Shown: positions 38,106 through 48,319 of the stretch, one piece after another
How positions within the stretch are numbered: position 1 is the first letter of the stretch
How the letters are laid out: every line of letters starts with the position of its first letter
Virus record (IMG/VR): IMGVR_UViG_3300010391_000021
Span: 6,119-70,118 of that record
DNA length: 64,000 nucleotides
Origin: a virus
Strand: one strand, 5' to 3'
Position numbers and translations under genes: made by a program
The notes under the pieces: model-generated
Seen by the model: only the letters and a program-made list of their open reading frames with translations
What the model was told of the DNA's origin: nothing
The model's database searches: none

Positions 38106-39077
38106 ATGCAATATGTCTATACAAAAATTGTAATCGACTTGGCCTCTTCAGAAATCCTCGAAAAAGAAGGATTTTGGTACGAAGGTCCCGTTGACATGGC
38201 TTGCGGGGCTTCGCAGCAAGAGAAAGACATTTTTCAAATGCAGAAAAGTGCCTACGCTACTTTACAGGATCAGGCAAGTCAGATTTTCGGGGCGTCTTCT
38301 AAAATTTTCTCCGATCTGACTTCTGCTTTTGAACCTATTTTGGCTGCGGGGCCGGGACAAGAAGGGTATACTGTCCCCCAGAAAGCCGCTTTAGAATCCC
38401 GCGCAATTACTCAAACTGGAGAGGCGTATCGGCACGCACAACAGGCTGCGGGAGAACGCATAGCTGCGTCTGGAGGGGGGCAAGCGGTTCTTCCTGCTGG
38501 ATCAACAGCGGCTCTACAAGCAAGAATCGCCGCAGAAGGCGCAGGGGCGACAGCGGAACAGTTATCCAACATTGATTTACAAAGCGCGGAACGGGGCAGA
38601 CAGAATTGGTTAAGCGCAGCCGGGGTTTTAAGCGGAGCGCCGAGCGTATTCAATCCCGCAACAGGCGCGGCAGAAGCGGGCACGCAAGCGGGAGGAGCAG
38701 CCGCAGGAACGGCCAAAAGCATTACTCAAGCAAATCAAAGTTGGATGCAACCCGTTGCGGGAATCCTTGGCGGGATAGCAGGAGCGGCAACGGCTGGCCT
38801 AACTGGTGGAATGAGCGCGGCAGCCCCCGCTGCTACGGGAGGTTCAGGAAAATGCTACGTCGCTGCTCGGATTTTCGGCGGATGGAACGACCCCCGAACA
38901 ATTCTTGTCCGCAACTATCTCTTTACTCAGTTCAACCGTAGCTGGTATGGGTCTATTCTGACTAAACTCTATGAGAAATATGGCGAGTGGGTGTCTAATC
39001 ACAAGATATTTGTCAAGGCGCTCACTCCGTTATTCAATCTCGCACTTGTAAAAGCAAGAAAGACCGTAAGAGGATAA
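38106..39077 (+). CDS. DNA ejection/pilot protein with a C-terminal CFI-box-CTERM-like domain
   Basis: A/G/Q-rich helix and GxxxG tail, then CYVAARIFG...LVRNYL...YG...LYEKYG. Confidence 0.6.
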   Translation: MQYVYTKIVIDLASSEILEKEGFWYEGPVDMACGASQQEKDIFQMQKSAYATLQDQASQIFGASSKIFSDLTSAFEPILAAGPGQEGYTVPQKAALESRAITQTGEAYRHAQQAAGERIAASGGGQAVLPAGSTAALQARIAAEGAGATAEQLSNIDLQSAERGRQNWLSAAGVLSGAPSVFNPATGAAEAGTQAGGAAAGTAKSITQANQSWMQPVAGILGGIAGAATAGLTGGMSAAAPAATGGSGKCYVAARIFGGWNDPRTILVRNYLFTQFNRSWYGSILTKLYEKYGEWVSNHKIFVKALTPLFNLALVKARKTVRG

Positions 39078-39079
39078 AA

Positions 39080-41425
39080 ATGGCTGGTGAAAATCAAGTA
39101 GGATTTGGAACAGGCGCACAGACTGAAACAAGCGACGTGCCCAATCAAATACCCGTACCCGATTCGTCCGGAACCGGACAAATGCCTCCGTCTGTGGGCG
39201 CTCCCGCTGCCGCGCCGCAAGGACCGCCACAACAGGCGGGACAACCCCCTGTTCAAGCTGTGGCCGCGCATCCTAAAGCTACTCTATTCCATTCAATCCT
39301 CAATGTACTCGGCGGCGGGGATAAGGAACAGTATTCAATTGACCCGCAAACAGGAACAATGAGCACTTCTCGTGTTCCTCAAACTTCCGGAGCATTATCT
39401 AAATCGATTATTGCGGGGGCGCTTACGGGTTTGTTCGCGGGTGCGGGGGAACACGGACCCGGAGCGACGGGCCGCGCATTCCAATCGGGCGGACAGGCTG
39501 TTCAGCAACAGCGCCAAATGCAGGATGCACAGCAAAAAATGGAAGCGCAACAGAATTATGAGCGCCAACAGAAGCAGATAGTGAGTAAGGCTCAGATTTT
39601 CGCAGCAAATTCTCGCGCTATGCTAAACATGTCGCAAGCCGCAAAACTTGGGCAAGAAACAGCAGAAAAATATGTAACAGATTTCGATCCTATTTATGAA
39701 TCGGCACAGCAAGACGGTCGTGTTACCCAAGACAATATTACGGAGCAAGACGCCCTTGCCGCGATAAAAGACGGAAAAATCAACGCAGGAGACCATCAGT
39801 TTATTCCCCGCAAAGCCGTTCCCAACGAAAAAGGCGGAATTGACTATGTAGGTGCAATTATGGAAGATGGTCGTTTTGATCCGAAATCCGATCCAGAAGG
39901 GTGGGCCTCCGCTCAGAAAAATGGATTTATTCCAAAAGGAATTTCCGCTGATGGAGCAAATCTAAAAGTTTCTACCTGGAATCAAATCAAGCAGAAGAAC
40001 GCAATGGTGTCAACTGCTCAAGCAGAAATGAAACTTGTCCACGATAAACTCGGAGCCGTCGCAGAGGCGATGCCTTCTTTTGATGAAGCAATTCAAACTC
40101 CGGGAATGGCTAATGCTTTATCTAAGTTTCAGTCCTATTTGCAAGGGGCTAAAGGATTCGATCCGGTAGCAGCCATTAATCAGATGTCCAAAGAAGTTCC
40201 GGATAAGAAAAATCCGGGACAGATGATTCAAAACCCAGATTCTCGTTACGTTCCCTTGATTTACAAAGCCTTTGGCGGACAGGATATTCTTTATGAGTAT
40301 CAACAAAAAGCTACGGGAAAAGCTCCGGAAATGGACATAAAACAAGCGGTTGCTCTGCGGGCAAAACGCGATGCGGGGCAAGAAGTCGATCCCGATGAAT
40401 TGAAAATGGCCGACAGCGTTTATCAACAGAATATTGGATTAGCAGGGGCCAAAGCGGGAGCGACAGAGCAGGCCAAGCAAGATGTAGCAACCAAAACAGA
40501 AGAGGAACAAGAAAAATTCTTGACCACTCCTTCCGATTGGGATATGGATGCCGCTTTAAAAACCAAACAGATGGATCAATTTGAAGCAGAGAAATATTTG
40601 AAATCAAAAGGTTGGACAATTCCGAAAAATTTTGCAGAACTTTACGCAATCGGTACCGGAGATGTAGACCCCAAAACTGATCCGCAAAAAGGATACAGAG
40701 GCACGGGCATAGTAACTGCTCAAAGTGCTGCTACGTTTATTCGTAAAGCAATTAATCCGAATTTCTCTTCCTCAGATTGGTTGAATAGAAAACAAATAGA
40801 GCAGGAATACTCTTCCAAGAAAGCCAACACCGCTGGCGGAACTATCTACGCGGCGGGTGTTGCTGCGCGGCACTTGCAATCTTTGGAAAAAGCAGCAGGT
40901 GCACTTGCTAACGGAAATATTCAGGCTTTTAATGCGGCTGCCAATGAAGTTGAGGTTCAAACTGGTCAACCCGCCCCAATGGTGTTCGCCGCTATGGCAA
41001 ACAAAGTAAATTCTGAAGTCGAAAAAGTCGTGTCTGGTGGTGCTCCTTTAGAAGCTCAGTTAAAAGAAATGGGCAAGACTCTGCCCACTAAAGCGTCAAT
41101 GAAACAAGTGCGTGGGGTTACAAAAGGATACTTGAACCTCATGGCGGGCCGCATGAGCGAATTAGATTCCGCATACGTCCAAGCAACCGGAAAACACGTT
41201 TCGATTCCTGATGAAGCCAAAGCAATTTATAAAGATCATGGCGAGGGCGTCAACGAGGGCTGGATGTTAGCTAAACCCTCTGGACATCTCCCTACAGATC
41301 GAATTATAAATCCGACAAAACAAGATCAACAGAACCAACCTATTTTTGCCAATTCTCCCGGCAAGCCAAGATTGATGTCTACGGACGGAGGTAAAACGTG
41401 GCAGACGGCACCAGCCCAACAGTAA
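39080..41425 (+). CDS. Internal virion/ejection protein
   Basis: 781 aa, Q/A-rich with a coiled coil. Confidence 0.6.
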   Translation: MAGENQVGFGTGAQTETSDVPNQIPVPDSSGTGQMPPSVGAPAAAPQGPPQQAGQPPVQAVAAHPKATLFHSILNVLGGGDKEQYSIDPQTGTMSTSRVPQTSGALSKSIIAGALTGLFAGAGEHGPGATGRAFQSGGQAVQQQRQMQDAQQKMEAQQNYERQQKQIVSKAQIFAANSRAMLNMSQAAKLGQETAEKYVTDFDPIYESAQQDGRVTQDNITEQDALAAIKDGKINAGDHQFIPRKAVPNEKGGIDYVGAIMEDGRFDPKSDPEGWASAQKNGFIPKGISADGANLKVSTWNQIKQKNAMVSTAQAEMKLVHDKLGAVAEAMPSFDEAIQTPGMANALSKFQSYLQGAKGFDPVAAINQMSKEVPDKKNPGQMIQNPDSRYVPLIYKAFGGQDILYEYQQKATGKAPEMDIKQAVALRAKRDAGQEVDPDELKMADSVYQQNIGLAGAKAGATEQAKQDVATKTEEEQEKFLTTPSDWDMDAALKTKQMDQFEAEKYLKSKGWTIPKNFAELYAIGTGDVDPKTDPQKGYRGTGIVTAQSAATFIRKAINPNFSSSDWLNRKQIEQEYSSKKANTAGGTIYAAGVAARHLQSLEKAAGALANGNIQAFNAAANEVEVQTGQPAPMVFAAMANKVNSEVEKVVSGGAPLEAQLKEMGKTLPTKASMKQVRGVTKGYLNLMAGRMSELDSAYVQATGKHVSIPDEAKAIYKDHGEGVNEGWMLAKPSGHLPTDRIINPTKQDQQNQPIFANSPGKPRLMSTDGGKTWQTAPAQQ

Positions 41426-43647
41426 GTCTTCCCGCAGGGTATTCTTTGGAATCTGGCGCGGCTCCTTCTGGTCTTCCAGCAGGATATACCGCCGAATCTG
41501 CGCCTGCCGCGCAACCGTCCACATCTGAACAAACGGGTGTCTTGGAAAGAGCCGGGAAAGGAGTTGCTGCGAGTGCTGCGGAAAGTCTAGTGGGGTTGGG
41601 CAAGATCGGGAGCAAGATTCCGGGAATGCCCTACATTGCTGAAAAAGCAGGCGATATAATGGGCCTGCCAAAATTACCAGCAGAAGTAGACCCTTATAAA
41701 ACAGTTGAAGAAGGAATCAAACCGGCAGTTGCAGAAGCAACAAGCACACCAGCGGGGATGATTGGGTATGGCGGGGAAGTTCTAACTGAATTTCTGTTAG
41801 GAGACGCTGCGCTAAAAGCTCTACCATTAGCCGAAAAACTCAGTCATGTTTCGTCTGTAGTGAAGATTTTTGAAAAATCTCCCCGCATAATGAGAGCCGT
41901 TCAATCCGGCGCGGACCTCGCAAAATTAGAAACTTATCTAAATCCAAATGAACTTGAGTTTTTAACCAAGTCTCCTGTGATTCGTCGTTTAGTTACAGCA
42001 GGCACGGAAGCATTGCGGTTGGGAACCGTTCAGGCCGCGCAAACTGGAGTAAAAACTGGAGACGTAAAAGAAGCGGCAAAAGCGGGCGGAGAAATGGGTC
42101 TTGTTTCTGCCGCTCTCGGCATTCCAACGAGTTTGGCGGGAGGATTAGCCGAACGCGCAGGAAAACTCGGTAAAACTCTTGAGACAGCTAAGAAAGGTGT
42201 TTCTGAGGCAGAAGCAGTCGCCAAAGGTGCGGAGGCTATTAAAGAACCGGAAGTTTCTGCTATTGGAACAACTCTTCGTGAGACTCCCAAACCGTTAATT
42301 GAGGCTCCCGCAGCGGGTGTAGTTCCCGAGCATAAAGAAATCGCTTCTGTCGCCGCTCAAGCGGTCAATAAAACAGAAGATGCGATGCATAAGACTTATG
42401 ATGAAGGGGTCAAGAAGATTACTTCTGATCTTGCGGGAAAAACTATCGCTTTAGATGAAAGCCCCCTCGCGCAAGCCGCAAAAGAAGCCCGAGCCGCGTT
42501 AGCCCAAGAACCCAAAGGTTTGACCGAAAGACTTGGAAAATCTTTGCAGGGAATGATTCCAGGAACTGAACGTGGCGAGAAAATGGTGGGTGCCTTGCTT
42601 GGAGAGGGAAAGAAAGCAGAAGACGTAACTCCTTCTTGGTTGTTAGGCGAAGAAGTCAAGGGAACCGCCGCAGCCGAAGCGCCAAAAGCAGAAGCATTGA
42701 CTGTTGATAATCTTGTTAATTACCGGCAACGTTTGACCAAAATGCTGCCTCAGTTGGCTTACGACGATCCCAATAAACAAGTGCTTTATAAACTTGTAAA
42801 TGGAGTGGATGATACCATTCAGAAAATGGCGGATGCTTCAGGGAAACCTGAAATTTCAGATTTCTATAAAGGTCTCCGCAATCAATACAAGGATCAGGTT
42901 CAGTTTTTCAATTCTGCTTCTGCAAAATCTGCGGGGAACCCTCTACGCCATCAGGTCGCGCAAAAACTCCAATCAGAAACTTTGAATAACGTTCCTCAGT
43001 ATCTCTTAGGCGGCAACAATAGTTTGGCGAAGGTTCAGGTTGCCAAAGAACTTCTCGGACAAGAAAGCGTGGACAATCTCGCCTCGCAAACCATAAGACG
43101 TTGGGCGGCAGATGCCGTAAATCCGGAAACAGGAAAACTCAATCCCAAGAAATTAATCGACCAATGGAATAAAATTCCTGCCGATACTCGCGGCGAATTT
43201 TTCTCAAAAGCAAGCAATAACTATCGCCAAATGATCGACGATCTGAACAAAAGTCCGGAAGTGAACAAACAGACTTTAGACCGCTTGAACGCTCTTATCC
43301 GTTTTGGAGTATTTCCAATTGCGGGGGCGGTAGTTGGCCGAGAGACTCAACAGCAAACGAGAATTCCTCGCGCCGAAATTTGGGGAGCCTTGGCTGGAAT
43401 GTTGTATGGCGGCGGGCGCAGAGAAATGGCGAATGACATGATTAAGTTCATGGCAGAGCATCCGAGCTATCTCAAAACTGCTGGAAAAGTAGCAGAAGCC
43501 GCGAAACCTGTCGCGAAAGCTGTTGGTCCCGCTGTGAAACAACAAGTCGGGCAGATGAAACCGAATCTGACTGATGTATACGGCGGCGCAGAAAGGCCCC
43601 TAAGCGAGCCTATCCAAAAAGAACAAGGAGTGTACACAAACCAATGA
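41398..43647 (+). CDS. Internal virion/ejection protein
   Basis: 749 aa, A/K/E/G-rich, with LPAGY repeats at the N-terminus. Confidence 0.6.
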   Translation: MADGTSPTVSLPAGYSLESGAAPSGLPAGYTAESAPAAQPSTSEQTGVLERAGKGVAASAAESLVGLGKIGSKIPGMPYIAEKAGDIMGLPKLPAEVDPYKTVEEGIKPAVAEATSTPAGMIGYGGEVLTEFLLGDAALKALPLAEKLSHVSSVVKIFEKSPRIMRAVQSGADLAKLETYLNPNELEFLTKSPVIRRLVTAGTEALRLGTVQAAQTGVKTGDVKEAAKAGGEMGLVSAALGIPTSLAGGLAERAGKLGKTLETAKKGVSEAEAVAKGAEAIKEPEVSAIGTTLRETPKPLIEAPAAGVVPEHKEIASVAAQAVNKTEDAMHKTYDEGVKKITSDLAGKTIALDESPLAQAAKEARAALAQEPKGLTERLGKSLQGMIPGTERGEKMVGALLGEGKKAEDVTPSWLLGEEVKGTAAAEAPKAEALTVDNLVNYRQRLTKMLPQLAYDDPNKQVLYKLVNGVDDTIQKMADASGKPEISDFYKGLRNQYKDQVQFFNSASAKSAGNPLRHQVAQKLQSETLNNVPQYLLGGNNSLAKVQVAKELLGQESVDNLASQTIRRWAADAVNPETGKLNPKKLIDQWNKIPADTRGEFFSKASNNYRQMIDDLNKSPEVNKQTLDRLNALIRFGVFPIAGAVVGRETQQQTRIPRAEIWGALAGMLYGGGRREMANDMIKFMAEHPSYLKTAGKVAEAAKPVAKAVGPAVKQQVGQMKPNLTDVYGGAERPLSEPIQKEQGVYTNQ

Positions 43648-43696
43648 AGTGCTATGAAGTCGAGAATATAAAGCAAAGAAACGAGTGATAAAATAA

Positions 43697-44158
43697 ATGG
43701 GATATTCAGTTGGATTAGGATACGGAGCGCCTCCACAAGCACAAACGGTTGGAAACCCCCGCTTTGAATCGCTCATCAAAAGTCTCTTATGCTTGACCGC
43801 TTGGCGGTTTGGCAAAGAATACGGAGGGCACCTCCCTACTTTGATGATTATGCATTGCCTCCGCAATCGCCACACGGCAGGATGGTCTCCTTGGTTACAG
43901 ATTATAGAAAATGTGCCAAAGTTCTCCGCAACTCTTGAACAACCGACCGGGATGCCTGAAACCTGGGATAGAAACTTCGTAAAGATTCTCAGCGAAGTTG
44001 ATAGTGTAATGGATTCAACGTCTAAAGATTTGGTAAACAAAGCGAAATATTTTGGAGATTTGAATAACGTGACGAATCCGTGGTTCCTCGAAAATATTGC
44101 GCGTAACCCAGAACATACACGAGTTGCCGATATGGGCACGCTCGTATTTTGGTCATAA
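43697..44158 (+). CDS. Hypothetical protein, possibly a degenerate SleB-like cell-wall hydrolase
   Basis: LCLTAWRFGKEYGG..MIMHCLRNR and AKYF resemble the Hydrolase_2 layout. Confidence 0.4.
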   Translation: MGYSVGLGYGAPPQAQTVGNPRFESLIKSLLCLTAWRFGKEYGGHLPTLMIMHCLRNRHTAGWSPWLQIIENVPKFSATLEQPTGMPETWDRNFVKILSEVDSVMDSTSKDLVNKAKYFGDLNNVTNPWFLENIARNPEHTRVADMGTLVFWS

Positions 44159-44168
44159 GGAATAATAA

Positions 44169-45374
44169 ATGCCCGATCTTCAAATTTACGGTGGAAATTT
44201 TCAAGATTTAGAAGGAAATCCGCTTAATAAGGGATACCTTCTTTTGGAATTAAGCCACGATGAAAGTGCGACCAATGCTTCTTCTCAAACGGTTGCAGGG
44301 CTAAAACTCCGTATTACTTTAGATTCTATGGGCAGCATTCCACTTATCCCTGCTACCAACGTATGGTCAAGCACGGCATTGCTCCCGAGTGGGTCTTTCT
44401 ACATTGTGCGCTGCTTCAAGAGCGACGGCACAGAGGCGTGGGCCGTGCCGCAATATTGGACTCTCGTTTCCACCCCGAATCCTCTAAACGTAGGAACCAT
44501 CGTGCCGAGCAACCCTCCTGGAGCGGGAGGCAGCGGCGGACTGACACTGCTACTCCAAACGAACTCTGTCAACAACGGAAATCAATCAAAATTAAATCTG
44601 AAGAACGGAACGAACATCGCCATTACAGATGATGGAGTGGGCGGCGTAACAGTCACGAGCACTGCCTCCGGTTTACCCACTCCCGATATTGGTAAATTTT
44701 CTCTATGGACCGCAGCAAGAAGCGGAGCTAGTACCGCCACTTCTATATTCGGATCGATGGGGGATATTCCCAATGTGGGGGGTAACGGGAATTTTACAGG
44801 TCCGTTGGGACCTACTGCCACAGAGGATGTCTATGCCACAATAAGCACCACATCCCCTACTGCCCAAAGTGAAGCTCTATTTTCATCGGGATCGACTTCT
44901 TCTCTAGTAGGAAATTGGTGGACAGGCCGCGCCATTACTTTTGAAGCAAAGGTAATGTTGGAAGATGCGGGATCGCTTCTTAACGCTCGTGTTTGGGTGG
45001 GATTACTCAACGGAACCAGTCCTTTATCCGCAGACACTACTGACACCCCTGCTGGAAAAGTAATAGCTTTTAGATACAGTTCCGCTGGTTCAGCGTCAGA
45101 TTGGTTCGCAGTTACAGCCGTAGACGCCTCTAATATTACGGCATCTGATACTCTTGTTTTAGGTTCTAATAATGTTGTCACATTCAAAATTATATGGACT
45201 CCGGGAGTTAGCGCGGATTTTTACATCAATGGTGTTTTAGTTAATACTAATGCTACCAACATCCCCCCGTCTAATGTGGCCATGTTTCCCTTTCTTTCTG
45301 TTCATAGTAAAACAGGCGCGACATCGGTTTTGTTGGATGTTATGTACGTCTACGTTGTTTCTCCTCCAGTTTAA
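44169..45374 (+). CDS. Receptor-binding / tail fibre protein with a lectin-like C-terminal domain
   Basis: FQDLEGNPL N-terminal anchor, LNLKNGTNIAIT linker and FYINGVLV jelly-roll motif. Confidence 0.65.
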   Translation: MPDLQIYGGNFQDLEGNPLNKGYLLLELSHDESATNASSQTVAGLKLRITLDSMGSIPLIPATNVWSSTALLPSGSFYIVRCFKSDGTEAWAVPQYWTLVSTPNPLNVGTIVPSNPPGAGGSGGLTLLLQTNSVNNGNQSKLNLKNGTNIAITDDGVGGVTVTSTASGLPTPDIGKFSLWTAARSGASTATSIFGSMGDIPNVGGNGNFTGPLGPTATEDVYATISTTSPTAQSEALFSSGSTSSLVGNWWTGRAITFEAKVMLEDAGSLLNARVWVGLLNGTSPLSADTTDTPAGKVIAFRYSSAGSASDWFAVTAVDASNITASDTLVLGSNNVVTFKIIWTPGVSADFYINGVLVNTNATNIPPSNVAMFPFLSVHSKTGATSVLLDVMYVYVVSPPV

Positions 45375-45392
45375 TTAAACAAGGAAGCCAAA

Positions 45393-45650
45393 ATGTCAGC
45401 CGATCTAGGTGAGATTATTCTATCCGAGCTTCGAGATACTCGCAAGGAAATGAACGAAGAGTTCACAGAATTGCGCCAACGCTCAACGGCTATCGAAACT
45501 AATCACCAACCATTCTTCGCTACGGGCGGAGGTAAGGATCAGATTGAAGACGACATCGAAGACCTGAAGAAAAGCAAATATTATGCTCTTGGTGGGGCAG
45601 GGGTGTTGGCAGTCTGCGGTAATTGGTTTCTACACAAATTAGGAATTTAA
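45393..45650 (+). CDS. Coiled-coil protein with a C-terminal TM segment (holin/XhlA-like)
   Basis: Coiled coil followed by ALGGAGVLAVCG. Confidence 0.5.
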   Translation: MSADLGEIILSELRDTRKEMNEEFTELRQRSTAIETNHQPFFATGGGKDQIEDDIEDLKKSKYYALGGAGVLAVCGNWFLHKLGI

Positions 45651-45740
45651 GAAAGCAAGGGATCGAACGATGTTTCCCAAAAACACCGCTGCCAAAATTA
45701 TAACTTTTGCCGGAATTTTACAAGGCGGATTTACCCTCCG

Positions 45741-46085
45741 CTAACGGTTGTCTCCCTCTGACTTGATTACATTCCTTGCGAGACGGTCAAGGAGTTTATT
45801 TGCGTTCATCTGGGCGACTTCTTCTAACGAGGAACCGATAGACCAAGCAAACGCCGCCGTGTACCAAAGCACGTCACCGACCTCCTTCATCAAATCCAAT
45901 TGTTCTTCTGCTGTAAGTTCTGTCCCAAGCTGCTTCCCTCTATTGCGGAGCAGCTTTTTGATTTTCTCGGCAATTTCACCAGACTCCCCACACAAACCCA
46001 ATACCGGATAAGTAAGAGATTTTTCATCTCTGCCAGGATACTGCGCGGTTTTCTGAACCACAGCTTCATACTGTTCGAATGTCAT
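45741..46085 (-). CDS. MazG-like nucleotide pyrophosphohydrolase
   Basis: LGLCGESGEIAE, KEVGDVLWY and N..KL..R motifs. Confidence 0.9.
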   Translation of the reverse strand: MTFEQYEAVVQKTAQYPGRDEKSLTYPVLGLCGESGEIAEKIKKLLRNRGKQLGTELTAEEQLDLMKEVGDVLWYTAAFAWSIGSSLEEVAQMNANKLLDRLARNVIKSEGDNR

Positions 46086-46480
46086 GCGCCGCAACTACCT
46101 CCTCGGGTAATTTCACAAATGTCTTGTGATTCTACAAAAGTTTCTCCTACATGTTTTACTGCTGTTGAATATTTGATAGGTGTCAGTGGTTGGCCGTTTC
46201 TTGATCCATCTGGATAGGCAGTAATACCCCGCAATTGGGGAAGATACTTCATCAATGTGCGGCCAAATTTTTGCACGGTATCTTTGTTATTCGATTCCGA
46301 CCCCCATTGTGGAAGGTTGATTGTCGATGAAATTGCGTGGTCAACGTATTTTTGAACATGCGCCTGAAATGCAATCCGGCGTTCTACGTCTTCGGCTAGC
46401 ACATAGGCATCCTCGATCTGTTCAGGATCAATTCCTTTTTGCTCTACAAGCCGTTTTACCGTTGGATCAAGCACGTATTG

Positions 46481-46903
46481 CTGGCACGGACAAGAGCCTG
46501 TCCTCGGAGATCGGAAGGGTGGACATCTTCGATTGACCTTTCGTCGACTTCGCCCTCAGCGATGTGCCCGGCCTTGATAAGCTCTCGGAGCCACTTCGCG
46601 GCGAATGGATCGATTTCATTGTAATAGGCACTCACAGGATCGTCTTTCCACAGCGAATACATAGCCGCCCTTCGCTATCACATGCCCCGTGATAGTGCCA
46701 CGCCTCCGGAAAGCCAAACCATGAATACCATTTCCACCATTTGAACTTATGGCCCAGAACGCGACATACCCGCGCCCACCGAGGACCGTCTACCCATAGT
46801 CTCCGTGGGCGGCTTCCACCGACGCCCAACTTTCGCCAATCGCTCATAAATGTAACTTTACCACGTCTGTACAGGATGTCAATAGCCCACGCCACTATTT
46901 TTT
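46481..46903 (-). mobile_element. Foreign insert in the RNR gene: promoter, 71-aa ORF (46632..46847) and a 45-codon N-terminal fragment of a C5 DNA methyltransferase (46501..46635)
   Basis: Removing it restores in-frame WHY|QYVLDP; SAYYNEIDPFAAKWLRELIKAGHIAEGEVDERSIEDV resembles phage Dcm N-termini; TTGACA-16-TAAAGT. Confidence 0.7.
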
Positions 46904-47129
46904 GTAGTGCCAAACGCTACCCTTGGCATAGCGGCGTTTGAATGCCGAGCAGAAGATCGGCTCTAAACTCGTGGTCGTTTCTGCGATTATGCCGATTGTT
47001 CCTGTTGGGGCGATTGCGCGGGTCTTTATGGGCTTGCTCAAATCCCACTCATCTGCGTATTGCGCGGCGGCTTTGCCGCTTGCCGCGTAAATCTCAAGAT
47101 ACTTGTCCAGTTCTGAACAAGCCCCGTAA

Positions 47130-47614
47130 TTATCGTATCCCTCAAAGTAGGATAGAATTTGTCTGTTTTTATTGCCGCACAAACGTATAGCCGCGCTTTG
47201 AAATCCTTGTTTGTCTCCCTTAAGTGAGGGTTTTCCTCCGTCTCCGAATATAATTCCGTGTTGAATTCCAGCTAAACTTGATTTTAATTTAAGAATACCC
47301 GCCCCAAATACTTGGTAGAGATAATCCTTTGTTTTCAACTGTTCAGTTGTTGCTTCTCTTTTAGTCAAACTCCTTCTTGATTTTCTATCTAAGTTTTTAG
47401 CAATTCTCCAAGAATGGCCCGCTGTTGCAAATAGTTCTTTTTTTATTCCGGCGCGTTGAATGACTACCTTTTGCAAATCTTGAACACCAAAATTTTTTAT
47501 CTCCGCCTCCACCCAAGCCCCTTTTGAAGACATGAGCACCGTTTTACTACCCGATAATTCTTTTAAAGTTTTCGTACCATATCGAGTAACGATGCGCGTT
47601 TCCCCTGCATAACA
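47130..47614 (-). mobile_element. N-terminal half of an intein in the RNR
   Basis: CYAGETRIVTRYG (block A), ATAGHSW (block B) and GIIFGDGG (LAGLIDADG); no HN terminus. Confidence 0.8.
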
Positions 47615-47854
47615 ATTTTGCGTTTGATGAAACTGCCGTCCAGTTGCGTACAGATACCGCCCACCTGGAATAAATTTTCGTTGATTGATGTATTCAACTA
47701 CTTGGTCAATCAGGTCTTTCTTTGCGCCTACGGCTTTTAGAACGGTTTTTCCTACTCGATTGGCGAGGTCCTGCCAAGTTTCAGTTTCGTGGTGTAAATA
47801 TTTTTGGGCCAAGACGGTCTTGGCGAAGACAGACATTCCTTGCATTTTCTTTCC

Positions 47855-48319
47855 TTATTTTGGTTGTTTGGTTTCTATTTCTTTTTGAAGCAAGGCCAAG
47901 GCCCGCCATGCTAATTTTGCAGAGTGACGAACGCCGTCTACATCGAGAGTTCCTCGTTGTAAAAAGTGACGAAGGAGAGTATCCGATTCATCGGACGATT
48001 TACTTCTTGACCAATGCAATGGTTGTCCCGGATTGTGCTGCTCGTTTCCTAAATAGGAGATGTGCGATACGGCAACGATTGCATCGGGAAAATAATCCAT
48101 AAATCCGCTGGCTATTGGAAACTGTTTACGCTCACCTGCTTCGGTTGGTAGGGTAGTTGCACGGGTCGGAGCGCCTCCGATACCCAACATTCTTGGATCG
48201 TCTTTCACTCTCGCCTCGCAAGTATGGTCTAGAAAATCGTTAGGGGTAAATAGAGTATTACATTCGTGACAATACCAGCTAGTTAATCTTGTTAGTATAG
48301 AGTTCATGGAATCGGTCAA
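47855..48319 (-). CDS. dATP/dGTP diphosphohydrolase (DUF5664-like)
   Basis: YFPDAIVAV...GNEQH...W...LLRH...HSAKLAWRALA. Confidence 0.75.
   Translation of the reverse strand: MTDSMNSILTRLTSWYCHECNTLFTPNDFLDHTCEARVKDDPRMLGIGGAPTRATTLPTEAGERKQFPIASGFMDYFPDAIVAVSHISYLGNEQHNPGQPLHWSRSKSSDESDTLLRHFLQRGTLDVDGVRHSAKLAWRALALLQKEIETKQPK

Larger units (their letters stand above)
46082..47845 (-). pseudogene. nrdJ: Class II ribonucleotide reductase, with an intein remnant, an internal deletion and a 423-bp insertion
   Basis: FIPGGRYLY, IAPTGTIG, EP, QAHVQKYVDHAISSTINLP and GITAYPDGSR are present; the central catalytic region is missing. Confidence 0.8.

Noticed and set aside
45651-45745. Bidirectional terminator at the convergence point
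   Set aside because: Only a weak gcgga/tccgc hairpin without U-tracts
46481-46903. RNR insert as a group I/II intron or IS element
   Set aside because: No P7 elements, domain V, transposase or convincing terminal repeats
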